Below, one piece after another: positions 33,299 through 44,872 of a stretch of DNA of 64,000 nucleotides. Made by a program: the position numbers and the translations under genes. The notes beneath the pieces are model-generated. The model made no database searches. It was not told where the DNA came from and worked only from the letters and a program-made list of their open reading frames with translations. The first letter of the stretch is position 1; the number at the start of each line of letters is the position of its first letter. Source of the DNA: an uncultured Gemmatimonadaceae bacterium (lineage in GTDB: Bacteria > Gemmatimonadota > Gemmatimonadetes > Gemmatimonadales > Gemmatimonadaceae); NCBI GenBank assembly GCA_963829055.1, contig CAWHHI010000005.1:224001-288000 (forward strand), in the 5' to 3' direction.

Positions 33299-33904
33299 CT
33301 AACGCCGATTCGCCCCGCGGCCGCCGGTCTGAGCGCTCCGCGCCGCGATCAGCGCGTCCACGGACCGCATGAGGTGCTCGCCGACACGCTTGAGCCCGAT
33401 GCACTGCACGCACGCCTTGGCGCCCTCGATCATCATGTAGAACTGATCGGCCGCCAGCTCGGGCTCGGGGAAATCGGCCTCGCGGCAGAGTGTGAGCACG
33501 CGGTCGTGCTCCCGCACGCGGTGCTCATCGATCAAGCGGCGCGCCGGGTGGTCGGGCTCGGGGAGATCCGCCAGTGCGTTGCCTAACGTCGACCCGCGTT
33601 CCTCCATCTCGGCGAACTTCGCAGCCACGCGGCGACTCCAGTCCACGAGCTGCGCCTGCGGGTCACCCGGATGCGCGATGGCGATCGCTTCCCAGTCCTC
33701 CTCCTTCTTCTCGATGATGCCGCGCACCCACTCCGTCACGAGCTCGTCCTTCGACGCGAAGTGACGATACAGGGTCATTTTGTTCGTCCCCGCCGCCTCG
33801 GCCAGCGCTTCCACGCCGACACCCCGAATGCCGACGCGACGAAACAAGTCGTCGGCAGCCTCGAGAATGCGTTGGCGTGGAGGGACGCGGGTGGTGTCGG
33901 TCAT
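33299..33904 (-). CDS. TetR-family transcriptional regulator
   Basis: RQRILEAADDLFRRVGIRGVGVEALAEAAGTNKMTLYRHFASKDELV; divergent from the RND operon. Confidence 0.93.
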   Translation of the reverse strand: MTDTTRVPPRQRILEAADDLFRRVGIRGVGVEALAEAAGTNKMTLYRHFASKDELVTEWVRGIIEKKEEDWEAIAIAHPGDPQAQLVDWSRRVAAKFAEMEERGSTLGNALADLPEPDHPARRLIDEHRVREHDRVLTLCREADFPEPELAADQFYMMIEGAKACVQCIGLKRVGEHLMRSVDALIAARSAQTGGRGANRR

Positions 33905-33943
33905 GACAAAAGCGAGTGCGTCGAATTCGGAGACGACTGTGAC

Positions 33944-33995
33944 TTGACTTGTGTGTTACCGATCGGTAACATGCCCAATGTTACCGATCGGTACC
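33944..33995 (+). promoter_or_regulatory. Sigma70 promoter of the OMP-RND operon with two TetR-type operators
   Basis: TTGACT-N17-TAACAT; perfect palindrome TGTTACCGATCGGTAACA (33954-33971) and TGTTACCGATCGGTACC (33979-33995). Confidence 0.78.
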
Positions 33996-34240
33996 TCGTT
34001 TGGTAAGGTACCCGTGACTGTTCACTTGGTTCGCGGACGTCGCAATGAAGCTCTTCCAAATCAGCACCACGGACCGACCGCGCACCAGATGGGATTCCCC
34101 GATATCGCGCCGCGCGGGCCCCGCGGTCGAGGTCGGGCTCGGCGGCTCCTGACCGCCGCAACCCCGCCGACTCATCAGGATCCAGTCCATCAATGTCCGA
34201 GCGGCGGAGCACCATAGCGTTACAGAGAGGAATCGCTCCT

Positions 34241-34852
34241 ATGTCTACCAACGCCATTTCTACCCCGGCCCGCCTCGCGGCGGTTGCAGCCTTCACTCTT
34301 TCCAGCGCCTTCGGCGCGGCGAACCTCGACGCGCAGGACATGGCCACGCACACCTCGAATGGTTTCGAGCTCAGGCCCTACGCAGGCGCGTACATCCCCA
34401 CCGGCCAGCAGCGCGACGTGCTGAAGGACGCCGTGCTCATTGGCGGGCAAGCGTCATACCGGATCCTTCCCCAGCTCGCGCTCACCGGCACCCTCGGATG
34501 GTCGCCGAGCAAGGACCGTGTTACCCCGGGCGACCAGACGGTCGACCTGTGGCAGTACGACCTCGGCGCCGAGCTCCGCGCGCCGTCATGGCTCACGTCC
34601 GGCGCGTGGGATTTCACGCCGTTCATCGGACTCGGCGGCGGCGGTCGCACGTACAACTACCGCGATCTCGACGTCGACTCGAAGACCAACGTCGCCGGCT
34701 ACGGCACGCTGGGCGGTGAGATCGGGTTCGGCCGCATCGGACTGCGCATCGAGGGACGTGACTACGTCTCGCAGTTCAAGCCGTTCGACGGCGGCGACTC
34801 CAAGACGCGGAACGACGTGACCGTCGCCGCGGGCCTAACGCTGCGCTTCTGA
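34241..34852 (+). CDS. Small outer membrane beta-barrel protein (OmpA/OmpW-like)
   Basis: Signal peptide (LDAQ), alternating beta strands, PFIGLGGG, C-terminal Phe (GLTLRF). Confidence 0.82.
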   Translation: MSTNAISTPARLAAVAAFTLSSAFGAANLDAQDMATHTSNGFELRPYAGAYIPTGQQRDVLKDAVLIGGQASYRILPQLALTGTLGWSPSKDRVTPGDQTVDLWQYDLGAELRAPSWLTSGAWDFTPFIGLGGGGRTYNYRDLDVDSKTNVAGYGTLGGEIGFGRIGLRIEGRDYVSQFKPFDGGDSKTRNDVTVAAGLTLRF

Positions 34853-34933
34853 TCGCCATCACCAACTAACCTGACGCGCGCCGCCGGCCGACGCTTTCAC
34901 CGGCTTCAACCGGCGGCGCGCATGGGAGAACGA

Positions 34934-36134
34934 ATGCCTTTCATGAAAGACACCACCCGCGCGACCATCGGCACCATGCTGGACACCGCCGCGCGCCGTA
35001 CGCTCGCCGCCGGCATCGTCGCGGCAAGCGTCCTGATCGCCGCGTGCAGCAAGCCGACGCCGCCTCCGCAGCCGTCGCAGGTGACCGTCGCGCCAGCCAT
35101 CGGCCGTCAGGTCGCCGACTGGGATGAGTTCAGCGGACACTTCGAACCGGTGAACGCGGTCGACGTCCGGCCGCGCGTGTCGGGCTTCGTGGATCGCGTC
35201 ACGTTCACCGAAGGGTCGATCGTCAAGCGCGGCGATCCATTGTTTTACATCGACGCTCGCCCGTACCAGGCGGAGGTCGAGCGGGCCGAGGCGCAGCTCG
35301 TGCAGGCGAGGACGCGGGCGCAGCTGGCGCAGGGCGAGCAGGAGCGCGCTCAGCGGCTCGTCGCCACGCAGGCGATCTCACGCGAGGAGCTCGACACGCG
35401 CACGAGCGGACGCGCCGAGGGTGACGCGGCCGTGCGTGCGGCGCAAGCCGCGCTGACGACCGCGCGTCTCAATCTCGAGTGGACGGTCGTGCGCGCACCG
35501 ATCTCCGGTCGCATCAGTCGCGCGGCGATCACGGCCGGCAATCTCGTACAGGCCGGTCCGCCAGCGGCGACGCTGCTGACGACGATCGTCTCGCTCGATC
35601 CCATCTACGTCTACTTCGACAGCGACGAGCACTCGTACCTGCAGTACGTGCGCAGCATGCGCGCGGGCTCGTCGAAGCAGTTGCCGGTCTACATCGGTCT
35701 CGACGAACGAGACCGGTTTCCCGCACGAAGGGAAGCTCGACTTCGTCGACAACCGCCTCGACGCCGGCGCTGGCACGATCCGCGTGCGTGCGCTCGTTCC
35801 GAACCCGAACCAGCAGTTCGCGCCAGGCCTGTTCGCGCGCGTTCGGCTCGTGGGCGCGGAGCAGCACGCGGTCACGCTCATTCAGGATCAGGCTGTCGGC
35901 ACCGATCAGGATCGCAAGTTCGTGCTGATTCTCAAGCCGGACAGCAGTGTCGAGTACCGCCCTGTGTCCCTCGGCCGCCTGGTCGACGGTCTTCGCGTCG
36001 TGAACTCCGGCCTCAAGCCGGGCGAGGACGTCGTCATCAACGGCCTGCTGCGCGTTCGACCGGGCATGAAGGTCCTGGCCAAGCGCGCCACTATGGCCGG
36101 CGACTCGGCCACACTCGCGACCGCGACGCCGTAA
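34934..36134 (+). CDS. RND efflux periplasmic adaptor (MexE-like lipoprotein), apparent +1 frameshift near 35703
   Basis: Lipobox LIAAC, WDEFSG, VDVRPRVSG, VRAPISGRI, DPIYVYFD; C-terminus PGLFARV...AVGTDQDRKFV in ORF 35784..36134. Confidence 0.88.
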
Positions 36135-36183
36135 CGCGCCGCCGGTCATAAGCTCTCGCTTACCTCTACTCGGAGTAACTCAC

Positions 36184-39100
36184 GTGCGCTTCTCACGCTT
36201 CTTCATCGACCGCCCGATTTTCGCGGTCGTGTTATCGCTCGTCGTTCTCGCCGCCGGGCTCATCTCGATCTTCGCGCTGCCGGTGAGCGAGTACCCCGAG
36301 GTGGCGCCGCCGACGATCACGGTGCGCGCCGTCTATCCCGGCGCGAACCCGACGGTGCTCGCGCAGACCGTCGGCACGCCGCTCGAGGATGCCATCAACG
36401 GCGTCGAGCAGATGCTCTACATGTCGTCGTCGGCCACCGCCGATGGCGTGTTGAACCTCACCGTCACGTTCGAGATCGGCACCAACGTCGATCTCGCGCA
36501 GGTGCAGGTGCAGAACCGCGTGAGTCAGGCGCTCGCGCGACTTGCCGGAAGAGGTGCGCGCGTTCGGTGTCACGACCGAGAAGCGGTCGCCCGACATCAC
36601 GATGGTCGTGCACCTCGTCTCGCCGGACGGGCGCTACGACCCCGTCTACCTGCGCAACTACGCGTTGCTCAACGTCAGGAACGAGCTCGCGCGTCTCCCG
36701 GGCGCCGGGCAGGTCGTCGTGTTCGGCGCGGGCGACTACGCGATGCGCGTCTGGCTCGACCCGAACAAGGTTGCGGCGCGCAGACTGTCGGCGAGCGACG
36801 TCGTGAACGCGATTCGCGAGCAGAATCTGCAGGTCGCGGCCGGCGTCGTCGGCGCGCCGCCGATGCCGAATCCGCAGGCGTATCAGCTGACCGTCCGCGC
36901 GCGCGGGCGGCTCGTCGACGAGACGGAGTTCGGCAACATCATCGTGAAGACCGGCGAGGACGGCGAGGTCACACGTCTTCGCGACGTCGCGCGCATCGAG
37001 CTCGGCGCCGGCGACTTCGCGCTGCGCGCGCTGCTCAACAACAAGTCGGCGGTCGCGATCGTCGTCTTCCAGGCACCCGGCTCCAACGCGCTCGCGCTCT
37101 CGAGCGGCGTTCGCGAGAAGATGGCCGAGCTCAAGACGCGGTTCCCGCAGGGTGTGGAGTGGGCGGCCGTGTACGACCCGACGGTCTTCGTGCGCGATTC
37201 GATTCACGAAGTCATCCGCACGCTGCTCGAGGCCACGCTCATGGTGGTCCTCGTCGTCGTGCTGTTCCTGCAGACGTGGCGCGCGTCGATCATTCCGCTC
37301 GCCGCCGTCCCGATCTCCATCGTCGGCACGTTCGCGGTGATGCTCGCGGCGGGCTTCTCGATCAACACGCTGTCGCTGTTCGGGCTCGTGCTCGCGATCG
37401 GCATCGTCGTCGACGACGCCATCGTCGTCGTCGAGAACGTCGAACGTCATATCGAGGAAGGGCTGTCGCCGCTCGAGGCGAGCCACAGCGCCATGGAAGA
37501 AGTGAGCGGGCCGATCATCGCGATCGCGCTCGTGCTGTGCGCCGTGTTCGTGCCGGTCGCGTTCATCAGCGGACTGACTGGACAGTTCTACCGGCAGTTC
37601 GCGCTCACGATCGCGTTCTCGACGCTCATCTCGGCGTTCAACTCGCTCACGCTCTCGCCGGCGCTGGCCGCGGTGTTGCTCAAGCCGCGCAACGCAGCCG
37701 GCAGATCGCCCGACGCGCGTGATGAACCGGCTGCTCGGCTGGCTGTTCGTGCCGTTCAACCGCGTGTTCGCCCGAGCGTCCGAGCGCTATCGCAACGTCA
37801 CTGCGCCGCATCATCGGGCGGTCGGCGGTGTCGCTCGCCGTGTACGGCGGCCTCGTCGCGCTCGGCGTGCTCGGCTTCTCGCGCGTGCCGGCCGGCTTCG
37901 TGCCGACGCCAGGACAAGCAGTACCTCGTCGCCATCGCGCAGCTGCCTGACGCGGCGTCGCTCGACCGCACGGAAGCCGTCGTGCGTCGCATGGGCGAGA
38001 TCGCGCTGGCGCAGCCGGGCGTCGAGCACGACGGTGCAGTTCCCCGGTCTGTCGGTGAACGGATTCGCGAACAAGCCTAACGCCGCCGTGATCTTCATCG
38101 GCCTCAAGCCGTTCGAGGAGCGGACGTCGAAGGAGCTGAGCAGCGGCGCGATCGTCGGGGCGCTCAACCAGAAGCTGAGCGTCATCCAGGACGCGTTCGT
38201 CGCCGTCTTCCCGCCGCCGGCCGTGAACGGACTCGGCGCGATCGGCGGATTCAAGCTGCAGCTGGAGGATCGCGCCGGGCTCGGCGATTCCGCGCTCTAC
38301 GCCGCCGCGCAGACGCTGCTCGGCCAAGACGTACCAGACGCCGCAGCTCGCCGGACCGTTCTCGAGCTTCCAGGTGAACGTGCCGCAGCTGTTCGCCGAC
38401 GTCGATCGCGACAAGGCGAAGCAGCTGGACGTTCCGCTGACGGATCTGTTCCAGACGCTCCGCATCTATCTCGGCTCCGCGTACGTGAACGACTTCAACA
38501 AGTTCGGTCGCACGTATCAGGTGATCGCGCAGGCGGACGCGCCGTTCCGCGCGACGGCCGAGAACATCACGCAGCTCAAGGTGCGGAACACGCGCGGCGA
38601 GATGGTGCCGCTCGGCTCGCGTGCTCACCGTGAAGCAGTCGTACGGACCGGACCAGGTCACGCACTACAACGGCTACCCGTCCGCCGACATCAACGGCAG
38701 CGCGGCGCCGGGCGTGAGCTCGGGTGAGGCGGTCGCGACGATGGAGCGGCTCGCGGCGGAGACGCTGCCTAACGGCATCAGCGTGGACTGGACGGAGCTG
38801 ACGTACCAGCAGAAGCTCGCTGGCAACACGGCCATCTTCGTCTTCCCGCTGTGCGTGCTGCTCGTGTTCGTCGTGCTGGCCGCGCAGTACGAGAGCTGGT
38901 CGCTGCCGCTCGTGATCATCCTGATCGTGCCGATGACGCTCTTGTCGGCGATCGCGGGCGTGTGGATCACGCGTGGTGACAACAACGTGTTCACGCAGAT
39001 CGGCCTGCTCGTGCTCGTGGGGCTGGCGTGCAAGAACGCGATATTGATCGTCGAGTTCGCGCGCGATCTCGAGCACCAGGGGCGCGATCGCCTGACCGCG

Positions 39101-39418
39101 GCGCTCGAGGCGAGCCGCATCCGTCTGCGCCCGATTCTCATGACGTCGTTCGCGTTCATCATGGGCGTCGTTCCGCTCGTGATCGCGAAGGGCGCCGGCG
39201 CCGAGATGCGTCGCGTCATGGGCATCGCCGTGTTCTCCGGGATGCTCGGCGTCACGTTCTTCGGCCTGCTGTTCACGCCGGTCTTCTACGTACTCATTCG
39301 CGGTCTCGCCTCGAGAGGCGCAGCAAAGACCGATGCCCCGTCGGATGACGACGTGCGTCCGCTGCGCATTCCCGAGCGCATTCGCGCGGTTGGTGGAGAG
39401 GGAGTGTCCCATGCGTAA
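36184..39418 (+). CDS. HAE1-family RND permease (MexF/OqxB-like), several apparent frameshifts
   Basis: FFIDRPIFA, YPEVAPP, SLFGLVLAIGIVVDDAIVVVENVER, LAAQYESW, KNAILIVEFA, RLRPILMTS; spread over ORFs 36184, 36542, 37719, 38374 and 38621. Confidence 0.88.
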
Positions 39419-40920
39419 TTCGTTGCCCCTGTATCTCATGCTCGCCGCGTTCGCAGCCGCCTGTGTCGGCGCGCCGGCGTATCAACCGCCGAGCGTGCGC
39501 GTGGCGCCGGCGTATAGCGCGGTCGCGCGCGAGTCGGCTCGCCCGAGTGCGGCGGATTCGAGCCGGCCGTCGTCGCGGACTTCGGTGACGGCGATCAGCT
39601 CCCAGTCGGGAACGGACGCCGTCGCCCGGTCCGCGCAGTACAGCACCGCCGTCTCGGCAGCACCATTCTGGCGTGACCTCGGTGATCCGACGCTGACTCG
39701 GCTCATCGAGGAGGCGTTGCGCACGAGCACCGATGTGAGCGCGGCCGAGGCGCGCGTCACGAGCGCGCGGGCGACGCGGCGGGTGTCGTCGTTCGACCTC
39801 GCGCCGACCATCACGGCGGTCGGGAGCGCGATGCGGCAGCGGTCGTCCATCGCGCAGCTGCCGGGCCTAACGAGTCAGCTGCCGCAGCAGACCCTGTACG
39901 ACGTCGGCTTCGACGCGTCGTGGGAACTGGACGTGTTCGGGCGGGTGAACCGCACCGTGAATGCGTACCACACGCTCGCGGTGTCGGCGGAGCATGGCTT
40001 GCGCGACGTGCAGGTGACGCTCGCGGCGGAGGTCGCGCGCACGTACTTCGAGCTGCGTGGGGCCGAGCAGCAGCTCGCTGTCGCGCGGCGCAATTCGGAG
40101 AATCAGCGCCGCACTGTCTCGCTCACTGAAGATCGACTGACTGCTGGGCGCGGCACGGCGTTCGACACGGAGCGGGCGAAGAGCTCGTTGAGTCTGACAC
40201 TCGCCGCGATTCCCATCCTCGAGTCGCGGATCGCGGCCGATCGTAATCGTATCGCGACGCTCGTTGGTCGCGCCGCGGGAACGTTGCCGGCTGAGTGGCT
40301 TCCGGCGGGCGATCTTCCGACGCTGCCGGACACCGTGCGTATTGGATCGCCGACGCAGCTCGTGCGTCAACGTCCGGATGTGTTGAGCGCCGAACGCCAG
40401 CTCGCGGCGCAGTCGCAGTTCGTCGGTGCCGCGCAGTCGGAGTATCTGCCTCGACTTTCTCTCGCCGCGAACGCCGGCTATCTCGCCGACCGCGTTCGAC
40501 TCGCTGAGCCGGAATGGGACGTCGCGCTTCGTGGCGGGTCCGGTGCTGTCGTGGCCGTTGCTCGATCTCGGCCGCGTGAAGGCGCGCGTGGACGTCGCGC
40601 ACGCCAACGAGGACGCGGCGAAGGCGCAGTACAGCGCGACTGTGTTGCGCGCAGTGGAGGAGACGGAGACGTCGCTCGTCACGTACGATCGCGCGCATGC
40701 GCGGTTGGCGTTGCTGAACGAGGCGGTGCGTGCCAGCACGCGCGCGTCCGAGCTCGCGCAGCAGCGGTTCGAGGCGGGGCTCACGGACTTCCTGCAGGTG
40801 CTCGACGCGCAGCGTACGCAGCTCGACGCCGAGAACCAGCTGGCGCAGGCGCACACGGCGGCGGCAACGTCGCTGGTGGCGGTCTACAAGGCGGTGGGAG
40901 GAACCTGGCCGATTCGGTGA
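39411..40920 (+). CDS. NodT/OprN-family outer membrane factor lipoprotein, apparent +1 frameshift near 40487
   Basis: Lipobox FAAAC, FW..LGDP.L, SWELDVFG, RPDV..AE; C-terminus VYKAVGGTW in ORF 40426..40920. Confidence 0.88.
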
Positions 40921-40948
40921 CCGTGTGTCACGCTGACCCGCACTACGC

Positions 40949-41051
40949 AACGCAGAGCGCTCTGAATGCGCAGAAAGACGCAGAAAAGAACTTGAACGAA
41001 TTGCTATTGCTGTTTTCTGCGACGGTCTGCGCGTTCAGAGCGCTCTGCGTT
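40949..41051. repeat. Long imperfect inverted repeat (REP-like, ACGCAGAG...CTCTGCGT type)
   Basis: AACGCAGAGCGCTCTGAATGCGCAGA...TCTGCGCGTTCAGAGCGCTCTGCGTT. Confidence 0.7.
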
Positions 41052-41077
41052 CCGCCGTTCCGAGTCCAGATCGCGAA

Positions 41078-41141
41078 CCCCGAGCGAGTACGGGCTACGA
41101 TGACCATCACAGAAGATCCCTCGCTGACGCTCGGGATGACA
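41078..41141. repeat. Partial GTCAT(T/C)CCGAG-family element
   Basis: CCCGAGCGAG...GATCCCTCGCTGACGCTCGGGATGACA. Confidence 0.55.
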
Positions 41142-41185
41142 TGGGCGCTTCGCTCGGGAACGGAAGACTCGTGAGGAGAGCTGAC

Positions 41186-41635
41186 ATGAGCATGCAGCAC
41201 GTGACGATCGACGACACGCGCGCCTGGTTTCAGGCCGGCGAGCGCGAGGTGTTCATTGGCGGGGTGCTCGACCTCGCGACGACCGCGACCACGCGCGTCA
41301 GGTTTGCACGGTACGGAAGGGGAGCCACACACGAATGGATGGTCACCGTCGACGAGACGTTGATCGTGACGAAGGGCGCGCTCACGGTGCGTACGGCCAC
41401 GAGCACGCAGACGGCGCGGACCGGCGAGGTGATCTCACTCGCGAAGGGAACGCGTGTGGTATACCGGGGCGAGGAGGACGACACGGAAGTGGTGTTCGTG
41501 ACGCACGTGCAGTCGGCGGACGCGCCGCGGTACGTCGATCGCGCGGCCGCGATCGAGGAACCACGCCTAACGCTGGTTCCGGGAACGATCTCCTCCGCGG
41601 GGGCCGGTGTGACACCGCTCCGACGAGGCGCGTAG
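41186..41635 (+). CDS. EutQ-like cupin domain protein
   Basis: RBS GAGGAG; FARYG.G....W.V.VDETLIVTKGALTV......A..GEVI.L.KG..V.Y. Confidence 0.72.
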   Translation: MSMQHVTIDDTRAWFQAGEREVFIGGVLDLATTATTRVRFARYGRGATHEWMVTVDETLIVTKGALTVRTATSTQTARTGEVISLAKGTRVVYRGEEDDTEVVFVTHVQSADAPRYVDRAAAIEEPRLTLVPGTISSAGAGVTPLRRGA

Positions 41636-41645
41636 CCAGCAGAGG

Positions 41646-43920
41646 TCAGCCGAGGTCGGCCGTCCGAAGCAGCTGCGCGTTGACGGCGACAATGATGGTG
41701 CTCAACGACATGAGCACCGCGCCCACCGCTGGCGACAGCACGATGCCCCACGAGGCGAGCACGCCAGCGGCGAGCGGAATCGCAACGACATTGTAGCCGG
41801 CTGCCCACCACAGGTTCTGTACCATCTTGCGGTAGCTCGCGCGCGAGAGCGTGATGATGCGCGGGATGTCACGCGGGTCACTCCGCACGAGTACCACGTC
41901 GCCGGCCTCCACGGCGACGTCGGTGCCGGCGCCGATCGCGATGCCGACATCGGCCGTCACCAGTGCGGGCGCGTCGTTGACGCCGTCGCCGACCATCGCG
42001 ACGCGCTTCCCCGCTCGTTGCAACTCCTCGATCTTCCCCGCCTTCTGCTCCGGCAACACCCCCGCGAACACGGTGTCGATCCCGAGCTCGGCGGCGACGG
42101 CGTCGGCCACCGGCTTCGCATCACCGGTCATCATCGACAACTTCGACTCCCGCGCGATGCAGTGCGCGGACCGCCTCGAGGGACTCCGGCCGGACCACGT
42201 CCGCGACCGCGAAGGCGGCGAGTGCCTGACGAGTAGTCTCACCGATTTCCTCGACGAGGTATACGACGCTCTGGCCGCGCTGGTCCGCGTCGTCTGCACC
42301 GGCGCGCACGGCCGCGTCGGGGTGTACCCCGAGCTCGCGCAGCAGCGCCGGTCCGCCGACGTAGAGCAGGCGGTCCGCGACACGTGCACGCACGCCGCGG
42401 CCAGGCAGCGCCGTGAACTCGCCCGCGCGCGTGTCGCCCAGCTTCCGCTCGGCGGCGGTGCGGACGATGCCGCGCGCGATCGGATGCTCCGAGTCCGCCT
42501 CGAGGGCCGCGGCGAGCCGCAGCGCGTCGTCGGGGTCGACGCCGCTCGCGGTACTGATCGCGGTGACGCCGAATTCTCCACGCGTGAGCGTTCCAGTCTT
42601 GTCGAACACCACCGTGGTCACGGTGCGCGCCTCCTCCAGGCCGCGGCGGTCGCGCACCAACAGTCCGTTCCGCGCGCCCAGCGTGGTCGAGATCGCGATG
42701 ACGAGCGGCACCGCGAGGCCGAGGGCGTGCGGACAGGCGATCACCAGTACCGTCACGAAACGCTCGATGGCGTAGGAGGATGTCGCGCCAACGAGGAGCC
42801 ACGCGATCAGCGTCACGGCACCCGCGGCCAGCGCGACCCAGGTCAGCCAGAACGCCGCGCGGTCGGCCAGCGCCTGCGCGCGCGAGCGCGAGGTCTGCGC
42901 CTGCTTCGACGAGGCGCATGATGCCGGCCAGCGCCGTACGCTCGCCAGTCCCCACGACACGGATGCGGAGCGATCCCGAGCCGTTCGTCGTCCCGGCGAT
43001 CACTGTGTCGTTAGGTTTCTTGTCGACTGGACGCGATTCCCCAGTGAGGACGGCTTCGTTCACCGCGCTCTCACCGGAGAGGACCACGCCATCCACCGGG
43101 ACGCTCGCGCCTGGGCGCGTGAGGATCACGTCGCCCTCGCGCACCGCGTCGATCGGCACGTCCTCGGTCCGCTCGACGCCGGCGTCGGCCGACGACTCGC
43201 GTGGCGGTGTTCGGCAGGAGCTTGGCGAGCTCGCCCAGTGCGCCCTGCGCCTGCGAGATGGACCGCATCTCGAGCCAGTGCCCGAGCAGCATGATCGTCA
43301 CGAGCGTGGCGAGCTCCTCCCAGAGCGGCATGCCGGGATAGCCTAACGTGACGACCGCGCTGAACACGAACGCGACGGAGATCGCGAGCGCGATCAGCGT
43401 CATCATGCCGGGCAGGCGATCCTGGATCTCCCGCCGGGCGCCCTGAACGAACGGCCATCCGCCGTAGACGAAGACCGCGGTCCCGAAGACGGCGGGAATC
43501 CACGTCGCGCCCGGGAACATTGGCGCGTGATAGCCGAACGCCGTCTGCAGCATGTGTCCCCACACCAGCGTGGGGATCGTGAGCAGCAAGCGAGATCCAG
43601 AACTTGTCGCGGAACATGGCGACGCTGTGGCCGGCGTGCTTGTCATGCCCGGCATGACTACCGGCCGCGTGCTCGGCGGCGCCGTGGTGATGACCATGAG
43701 TGGGCGCGGACGCGGCGTGCCCGGGTGACACAGGAGCCGAGTGGTGGTGATGATCATCGTGCGCCGGAGCGGGCGCGTCACGCTGCGCGACCTCCGGATG
43801 TTCCGGGTATCCGGGTTCCGCCGGTGCGCCGGCAGGCGGGTGGTCGTGGTGCGTCTGCGCGCTGTGCGCGTGCGCGCCGTGGTGGCCGTCAGCCTCGGTG
43901 TCGTGCTCGTCGTTCCGCAT
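41646..43920 (-). CDS. copB: Copper-exporting P1B-3 ATPase (CopB-like) with a His-rich N-terminus, about 4 apparent frameshifts
   Basis: His-rich leader, [55 protein letters not shown]...IPLAAG, MSLST; breaks near 43590, 43180, 42903 and 42137. Confidence 0.88.
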
Positions 43921-44173
43921 AGCGTATCGTTGGTCGAAGGCTTCCGTTCGGCAAGAAACAGGCGTCCGTGGCTCCTACCAGCGCCCAGTTGCTTTCATCC
44001 GCGCGTCGCTGCTCGCCTACTGGCGAGAGGGCGCTTCATGACTTCTTCATGGTGGCAATTGCATGGGATTCAGACCCTAACGACCCGCCCTGGCGTCACT
44101 TCCATAGTGCAAGCTGTGCAGCATCCGGTCCGTTCGCATCGCCCGCCCCCGGGGTCTCGGGTATACTTCAAGC

Positions 44174-44869
44174 GTGCCCGGGCTTACCGTCCTTGTGATC
44201 GATGACGAGCCGCAGATCCGACGCGTTCTTCGGAATGCGCTCGCGGCTGACGACACGCGTGTGCTCGAGGCCGGGTCCGGCCGCGAGGGCATCGACCTCG
44301 CCGCCGCCGAGCGTCCCGACCTGATCGTGCTCGACCTGGGACTGCCGGATGGCCCGGGGATCGACGTCTGTCGCGAGATCCGCTCCTGGTCCACGGCCCC
44401 GGTTCTCGTCCTCTCGGCCCGCCACTCGGATCAGGAAAAGGCCTCGCTGCTCGACGCCGGCGCCGACGACTACGTGACCAAGCCGTTCAGCACCGTCGAG
44501 TTTCTCGCGCGTGTCCGGGCGCAGCTGCGTCGTTCCCGGATGATTTCCACGGATGCCGGAGAAACGGGGATCACCGCCGATGACATCACGATCGACCTCG
44601 TGAAGCGCTCCGTCGTCCGGGACGGGACCGCGATCCACCTAACGCCGATCGAGTGGGAGCTGCTCCGCGTGCTGGCGACGCACGCCGGCCGCACGATGAC
44701 GCACGCTCAGCTGTTCGCGCAGGTGTGGGCGCGCTCGCACGGCGACGCCCAGCAGTACCTCCGCGTCCACGTGGCGAGTCTCCGGCGGAAGCTCGAGCGG
44801 GATCCTGTGCGGCCGCGCCTCATCATCACCGAGCCGGGCGTCGGGTACCGCTTCCAGACGACGGTCTAG
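44174..44869 (+). CDS. kdpE: KdpE-like OmpR-family response regulator
   Basis: IDDEPQIRR.L, LDLGLPD, LDAGADDYVTKPF, HLTPIE, QYLRVHV..LRRKLE.DP.RPRLIITEPGVGYRF. Confidence 0.88.
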   Translation: MPGLTVLVIDDEPQIRRVLRNALAADDTRVLEAGSGREGIDLAAAERPDLIVLDLGLPDGPGIDVCREIRSWSTAPVLVLSARHSDQEKASLLDAGADDYVTKPFSTVEFLARVRAQLRRSRMISTDAGETGITADDITIDLVKRSVVRDGTAIHLTPIEWELLRVLATHAGRTMTHAQLFAQVWARSHGDAQQYLRVHVASLRRKLERDPVRPRLIITEPGVGYRFQTTV

Positions 44870-44872
44870 CTC

